A DNA stretch of 64,000 nucleotides from an uncultured Acidobacteriota bacterium (GCA_963718645.1 OY970373.1:5802452-5866451); one strand, 5' to 3'; shown: positions 28,678-38,924, counted from the first letter of the stretch. Notes: generated from the letters alone by a model not told the origin. Numbers and translations: made by a program.

Positions 28678-31600
28678 TCAATCCCCCTCGACATCCCCCA
28701 CTGCCGTGAACGTGAAGGGCAGGAAAGCCGGCGGGGTCGCGGCGCGGACGCCGTCCTTCTTCTCCCAGTCCTCCTTGCTCTGCGCCTTGAGCGGCTCGAG
28801 CTTGCGCTTCTCCAGCTCGCGGTTCACCGCGGCCACCTCGCCGCTCTCTACCGCGGCCAGCCGTTTCTCCGCGGCGTTGAGCTGGTCGCCCAGCACCTTC
28901 ACCTGGTCGACCTGCGACGCCGTCGGCCGGCCGTCATAGCCGTTGACGCCGCCGTAGACCTTGGCCATCTTCTCGCGGAGCTGCTCCTCGCCCGAGAGCC
29001 AGCCGCCCGGGCCGGTGGCGACCAGCGTGGCGCGGAAGCTCTCCAGGGAGGTCTCCAGCTTGTCGAGCTGCTGGCGCAGGCGGTCGCCCGCGGCCAGCTT
29101 GGCGGCCCGCTGATGGGCGCCGTCCTCGAGCGCCTTCACGGTGTCCGCCACATAGGTCAGGCGGCTCAGCATGCCGTAGAGGGCCAGCGCTGTCTCCTGC
29201 TGCGCCGCCCGGTCGGCGTCCGAGTGCTTGGAGCGCGGGTCGGGCACGAGCTGCACCTGGCTGGTGTAGGTCTTGGCGCCGTCGATCAGCTTCACCGTGT
29301 AGGTGCCGAGCGGCACGCGCGGGCCGAACAGGGCGTACTGCGAGCCGATCACCAGCGAGTTGGCGGGGGGGAGCTTCGGCGGCGCCAGCCGCATCGGCCA
29401 GCTCACGCGGTTGATGCCGCGCCGCTTGCCGGCCGGGAGGGTCGAGAGGAGCTTCCCCTGGGCGTCGTAGACCTCGACCTTGAGGTCGCCGAACAGATGG
29501 CGCTTCTTCAGATAGTAGGTGATGGTGGCCGAATCCTCCGGGTTGTACCCCACGTACTCGTCGTCGCCCGGGAAGTCCTGCACGCTGGCGGGGATCGCCA
29601 TCGGCGTCGGCCGCGACGGCAGCATCGTCACATCGGCGTCGAGCGCCTCGCGGGTCAGCTTGCGCAGCGGCGTCAGGTCGTCGACGATGTAGACGCCCCG
29701 GCCGTGGGTGGCGAGCAGCAGGTCCCCCTCGCGGGGGTGGATGGCGATGTCGCGCACCGCCACCTTCGGCAGCCGGCCGGTGAAGCGCGCCCAGCGCCCG
29801 CCGCCGTCCACCGAGACGTAGAGGCCGAACTCGGTGCCGACGAAGAGGAGGTCGGGGTTCACCAGATCCTGCCGCACCACATGGGCGTAGCCCGAGACGG
29901 CGTCGGTCGTCACCAGCGGCGTCCAGCTCTTGCCGTAGTCGGCCGTCCTGTAGACGTGGGGCTTCATGTCGCCGGTCTGGTGGCCGTCGAAGGTGGCGAA
30001 GGCGGTCGCGGCGTCGAAGCGGCCGGCCTCGACGCACGACACCCAGGTCCCCTTCGGCAGGCCGGCGACGTTCGGCGCCACGTTGGTCCAGCTCTTGCCG
30101 CCGTCGCGGGTCACCTGCAGGTTGCCGTCGTCGGTCCCCACCCAGATCACCTGGGCGTCCTTCGGCGACTCGGCGATCGAGTAGATCGTGGTGTGGTTCT
30201 CGGCGCTCGAATTGTCGACCGAGAGCCCCCCCGACTGCTGCTGCCGCTGCTTCTTCGGATCGTTGGTGGTCAGGTCGGGGGAGATCTTCTCCCAGGAATC
30301 GCCGCGGTCGCGCGAGCGGAAGAGGAACTGCGCGCCCATGTACATCGTCTTCGGATCGTTCGGGCTGAGGTGGATCGGCGTGTTCCAGTTGAACCGGAAG
30401 GGGGGATCGCCGGCGCCCGGCAGCGGCTTGATCGACTTCTCCTCGCCGGTCGACACCTGCCGGCGCGACAGCTCGCCCCCCTGGTACTCGGAGTAGACGA
30501 GGTCGGGATCGGTGGGATCGCTGAAGGCCCAGAAGCCGTCGCCGCCGCCGATGTTCACCCAGTCCTTGTTCTGGACGCCGCCGCCGAGCCCCGCCGAGGG
30601 GCCCGTCCACGAGCCGTTGTCCTGCAAGCCGCCGTAGACCCGGTACGGTCGCGCCATGTCGTAGCTGACGTGGTAGAACTGCGCCACCGGCAGCGATCCC
30701 ATGTGGTGCCACGCCCGCCCCTGGCTGTAGGACATGTAGACGCCGCCGTCGGTGCCGAGCAGCAGCTCGTTGGGGTTCTTCGGGTTGATCCAGAGCGCGT
30801 GGTGGTCGCTGTGGGGGCCGCCGCCGAAGCCGTTGCTCAGGCTGATCGCGGCGTTGAACGACTTGCCGCCGTCGGTGCTGATGGAGAGCGACAGGCCCGG
30901 CTTGTAGATCGTGTTGAAGTCGGTGGGATCGACCACGATGCGGGCGAAGTAGAACGGCCGCACCTGCACGTTGAACGAGTCGTTGACCGGCCGCCAGCTC
31001 TCGCCGGTGTCGTCCGAGCGGTAGAGGGCGGTGTCCTTCGACTCGACCAGCGCGTAGACCACGCTCGTCCGGTTGGGCGCCACCGCCACCGCGATGCGCC
31101 CCTTGTCACCGGTCGGCAGCCCGGTCTTGAGCGGCTTCCAGGTCTCGCCGCCGTCGGTCGACTTGTACAGGCCGCTCCCCTTGCCGCCGGACGAGAACGA
31201 GTAGGGGGTGCGGCGGAACTGCCACATGCCGGCGTAGAGGATCGAGGGGTCCTGGGGATCGATGGCGAGGTCGGAGCAGCCGGTCTCGGCGTCGACGAAG
31301 AGCACCTTCTTCCAGCTCTTGCCGCCGTCGGTCGTCTTGTAGACGCCGCGGTCCGGGTGGCTCTCCCAGAGATGGCCGGTGGCGCAGGCCCAGACCGTGT
31401 TGCCGTCCACCGGGCTCACCTGGATGCGGGCGATCCGCTCGGTCGTCTCCAGCCCCACCCTCTGCCAGGTGTCGCCGGCGTCGGTCGTCTTGTAGAGGCC
31501 GTCCCCCACCGAGACGCTGTTGCGGGTCCACGACTCGCCGGTGCCCACCCAGACCTTTTTAGGATCTTTGGGATCGATGGTGATGGCGCCGATCGACTGG

Positions 31601-31875
31601 TTGTAGTCGTCGAAGACCGGCTTGAAATAGAGGCCGCCGTCGCTCGACTTCCAGACGCCGCCGCCGGCCGCGCCGACATAGATGGTCAGCGGATCCTGCG
31701 CCACGGCGTCGATCGCCGCGATGCGGCCGCCCATGGTGGCCGGGCCGATGGAGCGGGCTTCAATCCCGCCGAAGGTGTTCGAATCGATCTCGACGTCGGC
31801 GCACCACGCGGTCGTGGCTCCGATCAGCAGGCCGGCTGCCGCCAGGGCTAGCCTTGAAATGACGGTCCATTGCAT
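28678..31875 (-). CDS. Secreted sortilin/Vps10-like BNR (Asp-box) repeat beta-propeller protein
   Basis: Signal peptide. Multiple S/T-x-D-G-G-x-T/S-W BNR motifs (SSDGGLYF, TTDAGDTWQ, TTDGGKSWK, STDGGETWK, SDDTGESWR, TRDGGKSWT, ...). 1065 aa. Confidence 0.8.
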   Translation of the reverse strand: MQWTVISRLALAAAGLLIGATTAWCADVEIDSNTFGGIEARSIGPATMGGRIAAIDAVAQDPLTIYVGAAGGGVWKSSDGGLYFKPVFDDYNQSIGAITIDPKDPKKVWVGTGESWTRNSVSVGDGLYKTTDAGDTWQRVGLETTERIARIQVSPVDGNTVWACATGHLWESHPDRGVYKTTDGGKSWKKVLFVDAETGCSDLAIDPQDPSILYAGMWQFRRTPYSFSSGGKGSGLYKSTDGGETWKPLKTGLPTGDKGRIAVAVAPNRTSVVYALVESKDTALYRSDDTGESWRPVNDSFNVQVRPFYFARIVVDPTDFNTIYKPGLSLSISTDGGKSFNAAISLSNGFGGGPHSDHHALWINPKNPNELLLGTDGGVYMSYSQGRAWHHMGSLPVAQFYHVSYDMARPYRVYGGLQDNGSWTGPSAGLGGGVQNKDWVNIGGGDGFWAFSDPTDPDLVYSEYQGGELSRRQVSTGEEKSIKPLPGAGDPPFRFNWNTPIHLSPNDPKTMYMGAQFLFRSRDRGDSWEKISPDLTTNDPKKQRQQQSGGLSVDNSSAENHTTIYSIAESPKDAQVIWVGTDDGNLQVTRDGGKSWTNVAPNVAGLPKGTWVSCVEAGRFDAATAFATFDGHQTGDMKPHVYRTADYGKSWTPLVTTDAVSGYAHVVRQDLVNPDLLFVGTEFGLYVSVDGGGRWARFTGRLPKVAVRDIAIHPREGDLLLATHGRGVYIVDDLTPLRKLTREALDADVTMLPSRPTPMAIPASVQDFPGDDEYVGYNPEDSATITYYLKKRHLFGDLKVEVYDAQGKLLSTLPAGKRRGINRVSWPMRLAPPKLPPANSLVIGSQYALFGPRVPLGTYTVKLIDGAKTYTSQVQLVPDPRSKHSDADRAAQQETALALYGMLSRLTYVADTVKALEDGAHQRAAKLAAGDRLRQQLDKLETSLESFRATLVATGPGGWLSGEEQLREKMAKVYGGVNGYDGRPTASQVDQVKVLGDQLNAAEKRLAAVESGEVAAVNRELEKRKLEPLKAQSKEDWEKKDGVRAATPPAFLPFTFTAVGDVEGD

Positions 31876-31983
31876 ACACGTCTCCCTAGAAAGGAATCCA
31901 TGGGGAATAGGGAAGGAACGGCAGAGGGGAGCCGCCGCGCGGCGCCTCCCCTCGGGACTTCGTCTGTGGATCGCGCCCGGGGC

Positions 31984-32784
31984 TTACGACCGCGGAGGTT
32001 TCGCGGGAGCCGGGGTCTCCTTCTTGTCGGCGTCCGGCTTCGCGGCCGGCTTCGGAGCGGCGGCCGGCATGGCGAAGCGGGAAGCGTCGAGCGTGGGATT
32101 GACCTCGATCTTGGAGACCGTGATCGCCATCCCCGCGGGCGCTCCCTTGGCCTTCGACTCGATCGAGAAGGGGTAGATCACGCCGTCGACCGGCTTGAAA
32201 TCGCCGAAGGTCGTCTCGCTCTCGATCTCCTGGCCGCGGACGGTGACCTTGCCCGACTCCTTGATCAGCATGTACTGGTCGGCGTCGACGAACAGGTTGA
32301 CGATGTCGCCGTTCTTCTTCGTCACCTTCAGCTTGTAGGCCGGCGTGCCCTCGACGTCCTCCTTGCCGATCAGCTCGACCTGGTGACCCTTCTCCTTGTA
32401 GTCGACGAGCGGGCCGTCGATGTCCGCCTGGTCCTCGGTCTGCTTGATCTCGTCGGCCGACATCGCTTCCGGGTCGGTCTTGCCCATGAACGGCATCACC
32501 GACCAGCCGGCCTTGCCGTCGTAGGCCTGGATGCCGGTCATCCCCTGGATGGTGAACTCCATGCGCAGCTTGTTCGGCCGCGACAGCTCCATGATGACCG
32601 GGGCCTCCATACCCTGGCCCATGGTCATCTTGCCGGTCATGCGCTCGGACTGGACGGCCTTGATCTTGTCCTTGCCGCCGCGGGCCTGTAGGTGCTTGTT
32701 GATGATGTCGTCGGCGGTCTGGGCGTGCAGCGCGGCGCCCGTCAGGCCGGCGACGAGCAGCAGCGCGAAAGTCTTGCGAATCAT
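31984..32784 (-). CDS. Secreted LolA-like / outer-membrane lipoprotein-sorting-like protein
   Basis: Signal peptide. Beta-rich sequence resembling LolA-fold family proteins. C-terminal Pro/Ala/Lys-rich tail. Confidence 0.45.
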   Translation of the reverse strand: MIRKTFALLLVAGLTGAALHAQTADDIINKHLQARGGKDKIKAVQSERMTGKMTMGQGMEAPVIMELSRPNKLRMEFTIQGMTGIQAYDGKAGWSVMPFMGKTDPEAMSADEIKQTEDQADIDGPLVDYKEKGHQVELIGKEDVEGTPAYKLKVTKKNGDIVNLFVDADQYMLIKESGKVTVRGQEIESETTFGDFKPVDGVIYPFSIESKAKGAPAGMAITVSKIEVNPTLDASRFAMPAAAPKPAAKPDADKKETPAPAKPPRS

Positions 32785-32971
32785 GGATCCTCCTCAGGTT
32801 CGAGTCGAAATCGTCGGGATTATTTCCGAAGGCCAATGGCCCAGCCAGGATAGCGGAGTCGCGGGCGAACGTCACGCTCCGCTCGGGGGTGGTACGCGCG
32901 GAGAACCGAAATGTTGCGCGGCACGCCGCCCCCTGGGTTACCATCAACCGAGGCTCGTCTCCACTCATTCC

Positions 32972-34708
32972 ATGAAGCGCTCCCGATCGCCCCGCGAACT
33001 CTGGGCGTCCCTGCTGCCCACGGCCGGGGGCGTCCTGGCCCTCGCCGTCGCCCTGCGCGTGCCGGCGCTCGGCCGCGGCGAGCCGATGCCGGCCTGGCTG
33101 CTGGTGACCCTGGTGATCGCCGGCGCCGCGGCGGCCTGCCACCGGCCGGCGCCGGGGATCTCCACTCTCGGGCTCGGCACCATGATCCTCCCCGCCGCCT
33201 TCCAGCTCTCCGGCGCCGCGCCGGCGGCGGCGCTGGCGGCCGGGCTCCTGCTGGTCGTCGAGCTCTCCCTGCGCATCGTCCACCGCCTGGCCGCCCTGCA
33301 GCCCCAGGAGCGCCGCGGCTTCCTCCCCCGCTCGCTGGAGAGCGCCGGCCGCGCCGCCCTCGCCACCCTCGCCGCGGGGGGGGCCTGGGTGGGGCTCGGC
33401 GGCCGCTGGGGGTTGGTGCCGTCGCTGCTCGCCGCGGCGATCGCCTACCTCCTGGTCTGGATCGGCCTCGAAGCGGCCGACCGCAAGCTCCGGCGCCCCG
33501 AGGCGCCGCTCAAGGGGGTGCCGCTCCTCCTCCCCTTCGCGGTCGACGCCGGGGGGTGGATCGCCGGCGCCGGCATCCTCCTCGTGGGCAGCCGCGACCG
33601 CGCGGGCTGGCCGCTCGCCGCCTTCCTCGCCGCCTGCCTGGGCGGGCTGGCCGTCGAGACCACCCGCCACGGCCTGCTGCGGCAGAAGGCGCAGGACCGC
33701 GCCCGCAACCTCGAGCGTCTCCGCCGCGCCAGCCACCGGATGACCACGCCGCTGGAGGAGATGACCGCCACCGCCGACCGCCTCCACACCGAGTGCGCCA
33801 ACGTCCTCAAGGTCTTCTGGTTCCAGTTCGAGGCGCTGGCGCCGGGGAGCGAGCTGAAGAGCTGGTGGTGGGGCCCGCAGTCCGAGGCGCTGGAGGAGGG
33901 AGTGCCCGAGCCCGACCGCTACCCGCCGTTCCTGCCCGGATTCCATCGCCGCACCCAGTGGCAGATCCTCGAACGCCTCCTGCGCGCCCGCCCGGACGGC
34001 ACCGCGCTCGGCCGCATCCGCCTCTGGTGCGATCCCCGCCTCGTCGATCCGCGCGAGGTCGAGCTGCTCGACCGCCTGCTGCCGCAGATGACCGCCGCCG
34101 TCCAGCGCTGCCTGCTCGACCGCGAGGCCCGCGAGGACCCGCTCACCGGCGTCGCCATGCGGCGGGTCCTCGAACGGCGCCTGAACGAGGTGCACGGCCG
34201 CTGCTGCGAGGCCGGCGGCGCCATGGCGGTCCTGCTCTGCGACCTCGACCACTTCAAGCGGATCAACGACACCTTCGGCCATCCGGTCGGGGACGCCGCC
34301 CTGGTCGCCGTCGCGGGCGTGCTGAAGTCGATCCGCCGCGCCGACGACCTCTGCTGCCGCTACGGCGGCGAGGAGTTCGTCCTCCTGATGGAGGCCACCT
34401 CCGGGGAAGCCGGTCTGGCCGTCGCCGAGCGCCTCCGCGCCGCCGTCGAGGCCCTGGAGCTGGAGGTCGAAGGGCAGCGCATCCCCCTCACCCTGAGCGC
34501 CGGCGTCGCCTCCTTCCCCGAGCTCTACGTCAAGACCGCCGCCGAGCTGATCCTCTTCGCCGACGAGGCCCTCTACGAAGCCAAACGCCGCGGCCGCAAC
34601 CGCTGCCTGCTCGACATCGGCCAGGGGCGCTACATGGACGCCGCGGGGAACCTCCTGACCACCGACGACGCCGCCCCGGCGGCGGAGGCGCCGCGGATCT
34701 TCGCGTAG
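32972..34708 (+). CDS. Membrane-anchored diguanylate cyclase (GGDEF domain, GGEEF active site)
   Basis: Start at MKRSRSPREL. N-terminal multi-TM region. C-terminal GGDEF domain with RYGGEEF and the upstream inhibitory-site-like RxxD. Confidence 0.8.
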   Translation: MKRSRSPRELWASLLPTAGGVLALAVALRVPALGRGEPMPAWLLVTLVIAGAAAACHRPAPGISTLGLGTMILPAAFQLSGAAPAAALAAGLLLVVELSLRIVHRLAALQPQERRGFLPRSLESAGRAALATLAAGGAWVGLGGRWGLVPSLLAAAIAYLLVWIGLEAADRKLRRPEAPLKGVPLLLPFAVDAGGWIAGAGILLVGSRDRAGWPLAAFLAACLGGLAVETTRHGLLRQKAQDRARNLERLRRASHRMTTPLEEMTATADRLHTECANVLKVFWFQFEALAPGSELKSWWWGPQSEALEEGVPEPDRYPPFLPGFHRRTQWQILERLLRARPDGTALGRIRLWCDPRLVDPREVELLDRLLPQMTAAVQRCLLDREAREDPLTGVAMRRVLERRLNEVHGRCCEAGGAMAVLLCDLDHFKRINDTFGHPVGDAALVAVAGVLKSIRRADDLCCRYGGEEFVLLMEATSGEAGLAVAERLRAAVEALELEVEGQRIPLTLSAGVASFPELYVKTAAELILFADEALYEAKRRGRNRCLLDIGQGRYMDAAGNLLTTDDAAPAAEAPRIFA

Positions 34709-34734
34709 GACCTCCCCTGAAATGAGTTGAGCCC

Positions 34735-34870
34735 CGACGATCCAGCGGTGGACCTCCGGGCGAATGCGTTGGACCTCCGGGCGAATGCGTTGAACACCGG
34801 GAGGAATGTCCTCGACCTCGGGAAGCATCGCTTGGCCCTCCGGGGAAATGACTCGATCCCGCCGAGACAA
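34735..34870. repeat. Degenerate tandem 21-bp repeats (GGACCTCCGGGCGAATGCGTT x2 then diverged copies)
   Basis: Read directly after the diguanylate cyclase stop. Confidence 0.7.
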
Positions 34871-35007
34871 GCTCTCGACCTCGCCGGTCCAACGCAAAAC
34901 CCTCGCGGACTTTCCCAAACCCCAGAGGTTCAAGCTAAAACCCCGAGCGGTCCTTGGCAAAAGCCTCGGGGTTCAACAGAGACGCGTATCATTCCGATTT
35001 GCCATGC

Positions 35008-35037
35008 TTGACATCCGAAAAAGATGTGTTAATCTCC
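35008..35037 (+). promoter_or_regulatory. Sigma70-like promoter (TTGACA-17 bp-TAATCT) upstream of the 132-aa ORF
   Basis: ttgacatccgaaaaagatgtgttaatct, read directly. Rare near-consensus -35/-10 in a high-GC genome. Confidence 0.5.
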
Positions 35038-35204
35038 TTTGAGTCGATCCGAGGAAATCAAGAAAGATTCGCTTGGTGAACTGGAAAGGAGGCTTGAGGC
35101 GAAAAATCGAGAGCAGGCTTAACTTTTGTCGTCCATGCCAGGCAGAGGGTCCGGGATGACTCTCGGAAACCAAGAACCGCTCAACTCAAAACAGGAGAAA
35201 GACC

Positions 35205-35603
35205 ATGGCTGGAAAGGCCCTTGCAAAGTTCATTTCGGATTGGGAGCTGCTCGGCACTGCTCTCCAGGCTCATCTTACGGACATGCCCTTCCTCAGCGAG
35301 AAAGCCAAGGCGCTCGACGCGGTGATCTCGCAGGCGAAGGCGATGGACGCCAAGCAGCAGGAGCTGCGCGGCGCTGTGCAGGAAACCGTGCGCCAGCGGA
35401 AGGATCTGGTGAAGGAGGGCAAGACGATCCAGGGTTCCCTGGCCGCCTCGCTCCGAGCCAACCTCGGCTTCGAGAGCCAGATCTTGCTCGGCTTCGGCCT
35501 CAAGCCGCGCCGGCCGCGGAAGAAGAAGGCCACCAAGGATCCCGCCCCGCCGCCGGCGACATCGGCAGTCCAGAAAGAGGGTGAGGCAACCGCGGCGAAG
35601 TAA
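35205..35603 (+). CDS. Hypothetical protein (132 aa) within the inserted segment
   Basis: ATG with GGAGAAAG RBS. Coiled-coil-like Lys/Glu-rich protein with basic C-terminus. Confidence 0.45.
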   Translation: MAGKALAKFISDWELLGTALQAHLTDMPFLSEKAKALDAVISQAKAMDAKQQELRGAVQETVRQRKDLVKEGKTIQGSLAASLRANLGFESQILLGFGLKPRRPRKKKATKDPAPPPATSAVQKEGEATAAK

Positions 35604-35847
35604 ATGCGGTCAGCGCCGTGAAGGGGAGGGCCGCGGTTCGGCCCTCCTCTTTTTTTGACCGCGAACGCTCTACGGCGGCGGCTTGGACTCCTCCGCCGCC
35701 CCGGCGGCGGAGGCGTCGCGGATTTTTGCGTAGGCCTCTTGACGTTCCGCCGCAATCGAGGTATCTTTCGACGCGAAAAGGTTCCCGCTTGCCGAAAGAG
35801 CCCATGGGGCTCTTCTCCCCAGGAGATAGGCGAGCGGGTCTCGTTTT

Positions 35848-36010
35848 TTAGTAGTACTCCTTTTTCCCTCCGCGGAAAACGTCGAACTCGGTCAGCACCA
35901 CGCTCTCGATCTTGGAGAAGGAGCGGAGATCTCCGTCCTTCCATTTCCTGTTGATGGCCCAGCAGCAGTAGTCCGCCACTTGGAGCATGGGGTGGGACGT
36001 CGAGCTGTGC
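35848..36010 (-). pseudogene. C-terminal fragment of a DUF3800-like protein (remnant)
   Basis: Fragment translates ...MHSSTSHPMLQVADYCCWAINRKWKDGDLRSF...; the LQxAD motif resembles the C-terminal motif of the island protein at 41282-42082. No N-terminal part present. Confidence 0.35.
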
Positions 36011-36029
36011 ATGAAGATTCCATAGGGCA

Positions 36030-36181
36030 GTCGCCGACGAGGCCCTCTACGAAGCCAAACGCCGCGGCCGCAACCGCTGCCTGCTCGACATCGGCCAGGG
36101 GCGCTACATGGACGCCGCGGGGAACCTCCTGACCACCGACGACGCCGCCCCGGCGGCGGAGGCGCCGCGGATCTTCGCGTA
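36030..36181 (+). repeat. Direct duplicate of the last ~150 bp of the diguanylate cyclase gene (34561-34708); a third partial ~40-bp copy lies at 35690-35730
   Basis: Near-identical sequence gacgaggccctctacgaagccaaacgccgcggccgcaaccgctgcctgctcgacatcggccagg...gcgccgcggatcttcgcgtag at both places. Confidence 0.85.
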
Positions 36182-36434
36182 GGGGGAAGGCGTTCCAATA
36201 TGCCTGTGCCCGATGGGGCGATCCGCGCTTCGAAGCCTCACCCTCGATCCCTCTCCACAAGTGGAGAGGGAGGCCGTTCTGCTTCAGGTTTCAGTGGGAC
36301 ACCACCCTTGGATCGCGGGCCCCCCCTCTCCCGGCTGGCGGGAGGGCGGTGGGAGAGGGGCCGGGGGTGAGGTTTCGGGGTGGGGGGCGCATTGCGCAGG
36401 CCGTCTCGAACTTCACCGCCGGCCCTGTACGCGC

Positions 36435-38885
36435 CTACCGCCCCGGCGGCTTCTCCCCCGGCGGCGCCTGGTCCGCCGGAGGCGGCGCTCCCTCCGGCTT
36501 CTCCCCCTTCTCCTCGCCCCCGCCGAACAGGCTGCCGAACCGCCGCTTGAAGAAGTCCCCCAGGCGCTGGCCGAAGTCGTGCTGGGCCTCTTCGAAGCGC
36601 GGCTCGTGCTGGAGGTTGCAGATCTGGGTGGGCTTCTGGCCAGGGAGGAAGACCTCGTTGATCTGCGACGGGCAGATCGGCCGCGCCAGAAGGCCGCTCT
36701 GGCGGCAGATCAGGGCATGCTCCAGGCCGGCCGGCTCGACGAACTTGCCGCGCGCGCTGTCCCCCAGGGCGGCCTTCATGTAGAGCCCCCAGATGGGCAG
36801 GGCGGCGCGCGAGCCGGAGAGGGTGGTGGCGCCAGGGTTGTCCCGGCCGACCCAGACCACCGTCACGCGGTCCGGACGGTAGCCGGCGAACCAACTGTCG
36901 CGCGCCTCGTTGGTGGTCCCCGTCTTGCCGGCCAGCGGACCGGGAATGCCGTAGCGCTGCACCCCCCGCGCCGTCCCCCGCTGCACCACCCCTTCGAGCA
37001 CCGAGGTGGTGATGAACGCCACCTGCGGGTTCATCGCCGTCTCCGCCTTCTTCGGCTTCGGCTCAGAGACCGGCTGCCCCTCCGCATCGAGCACCGTGGC
37101 GAGTCCGTGCAGCACGGGACGGGAGCCGCCGTTGGCCAGCGTCGAATAGACCGTCGCCACCTCGCGCGGCGTCACCGCGGCGGCGCCCAGCGCCATGGCC
37201 GGCACCTGCTCGAGGTCGGAGTCGATCCCCAGCCGGTGGGCGGTCGCCGCCACCTTGTCCAGCCCCACGGCCATGGCGAGGCGGATCAGCGGCACGTTGC
37301 GGCTCTGCTCCAGGGCGGTGCGGACGGTGATCTCGCCGAGGAACTCGCCGTCGGCGTTCTTCGGCGTCCAGCGGCCGCCGCCCGCCTTGAGGGTGAGCGG
37401 CTGATCCAGCACCTTCGAGGCCGGCGAGTACTTGCCGCTCTCCAGCGCCGCCACGAAGACGATCGGCTTGAAGCAGCTCCCGGCCTGGCGGTGCGCCTGG
37501 GAGACGCGGTCGAACTCGCTCTTCCCGAAGTCCCGGCCCCCCACGTAGGCAAGGATGGCGCCGGAGTGGGGATCGACCGAGATCAGCGCGGCTTCCAGCG
37601 GCTCGTCGCCCCGCCGCCCCTGGCGATCGAGGTTGCGCAACGTGTCGGTCACCGCTTTGCCGGCGAGAGCCTGATCCCGCATCGACAGGGTCGAGAAAAG
37701 ATGGCCGCCGCGGTTGCCGAGGCGCCGGAGGCCGAAGCGGTCGCGGGCCTCGTTCGCCATGGCGTCCGCGAAGTGCGGCGCGACGCGGTCGCCGAGGCGC
37801 ATCGGGGAGGTCTCGACCGGGGTGGCCAAGGCGGCGGCGAGGGCGCCGGCGTCGACCCAGCCGAGCTGGGCCATGCGGCGGAGCACCTCGTCCCGCCGCT
37901 GCCGCGCGTGGTCGGGGTGGGCGACCGGCGAGTAGAAGCCGGGGGACTTGATCATGCCGGCGAGCGCCGCGGCCTCCGGCAGGGTCAGCTCGCTGGCGTC
38001 CTTGCCGAAGAAGGCGCGCGCCGCGGTGCCGATCCCGTAGTACTGGATGCCGTTGGCGCCGCCGAGATAGATGCCGTTGAGGTACCCCTGAAGGATCGTC
38101 TTCTTGCGGTGCTGCACCTCGACGGCGACGGCGATGAACGCCTCGCGGAACTTGCGGAAGTAGCTCCGCTCCGAAGTCAGAAAGACGTTCTTGACCAGTT
38201 GCTGGGTGAGGGTGCTCCCCCCCTGCGTCACCCCGCCATGGCGGAGGTTGACGAACAGGGCGCGCACGATGCCGGTAGGCGACACGCCCGGGTGCCAGTA
38301 GAACGAGTCGTCCTCGGCGGCGAGCACCGCCCGCACCACGGGCTCGGGGAGATCGGCGACCTGCACCGGCCACTTCTCCCGCGCCTCGTCGCCATAGTAG
38401 GTGGCGAGCACCGGCGCTTCCAGCTCGGTCGCCGCGACCGGACGGCCGTCGGCGCGGATCTCGGCGATCTTCCCCTTCTTGAACTGGACCAGCAGCGTCT
38501 CGCCGGGGACGCTCCCCCGCGGCGTCATCCGCCGGCGCAGCCGGACCGACAGGGCATCCTCGCCGGTCCGGTAGCGGCCGCTGGGAAGCGCGTCCTCGTC
38601 ATACGAGCGGTAGCCCAGCGCCTGGAGCTGTCCGGCGAGCTCCTCGGGATCCATCTCGTCGCCCACCCGCAGCTCGGCCGCCTGGCCGTAGAGGCGCGAC
38701 GGCGCGTTCTCGGGGCCCGCGCCGATGTCGCCGAATGTCCGGAGATATGGGAAGAGCAGCCAGCCGACGAAGACAAAGACGAGGACGCACACGGCGGCCA
38801 CGGCGAACAGCGTCCGCCGGAGACGCGGATGAGCCCGGAGCAGGCGGCGGAAGACCGCGAATCGGATGAATCGGAGCTTGGGCAT
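36435..38885 (-). CDS. Penicillin-binding protein 1A (bifunctional transglycosylase/transpeptidase)
   Basis: Start at MPKLRFIRF. Glycosyltransferase-51 motifs (AVLAAEDDSFYWHPGV, GGSTLTQQLVKN) and transpeptidase SxxK/SxN/KTG motifs (SCFKP, KTGTT). Confidence 0.85.
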   Translation of the reverse strand: MPKLRFIRFAVFRRLLRAHPRLRRTLFAVAAVCVLVFVFVGWLLFPYLRTFGDIGAGPENAPSRLYGQAAELRVGDEMDPEELAGQLQALGYRSYDEDALPSGRYRTGEDALSVRLRRRMTPRGSVPGETLLVQFKKGKIAEIRADGRPVAATELEAPVLATYYGDEAREKWPVQVADLPEPVVRAVLAAEDDSFYWHPGVSPTGIVRALFVNLRHGGVTQGGSTLTQQLVKNVFLTSERSYFRKFREAFIAVAVEVQHRKKTILQGYLNGIYLGGANGIQYYGIGTAARAFFGKDASELTLPEAAALAGMIKSPGFYSPVAHPDHARQRRDEVLRRMAQLGWVDAGALAAALATPVETSPMRLGDRVAPHFADAMANEARDRFGLRRLGNRGGHLFSTLSMRDQALAGKAVTDTLRNLDRQGRRGDEPLEAALISVDPHSGAILAYVGGRDFGKSEFDRVSQAHRQAGSCFKPIVFVAALESGKYSPASKVLDQPLTLKAGGGRWTPKNADGEFLGEITVRTALEQSRNVPLIRLAMAVGLDKVAATAHRLGIDSDLEQVPAMALGAAAVTPREVATVYSTLANGGSRPVLHGLATVLDAEGQPVSEPKPKKAETAMNPQVAFITTSVLEGVVQRGTARGVQRYGIPGPLAGKTGTTNEARDSWFAGYRPDRVTVVWVGRDNPGATTLSGSRAALPIWGLYMKAALGDSARGKFVEPAGLEHALICRQSGLLARPICPSQINEVFLPGQKPTQICNLQHEPRFEEAQHDFGQRLGDFFKRRFGSLFGGGEEKGEKPEGAPPPADQAPPGEKPPGR

Positions 38886-38924
38886 GGCGGACAGGGAATG
38901 ATGCCACAGACGGATGGCCAGACC

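Noticed and set aside
28651-31851. 1066-aa + strand ORF opposite the sortilin-like gene
   Set aside because: Antisense ORF typical of high-GC DNA. The minus-strand product has clear BNR motifs and a signal peptide.
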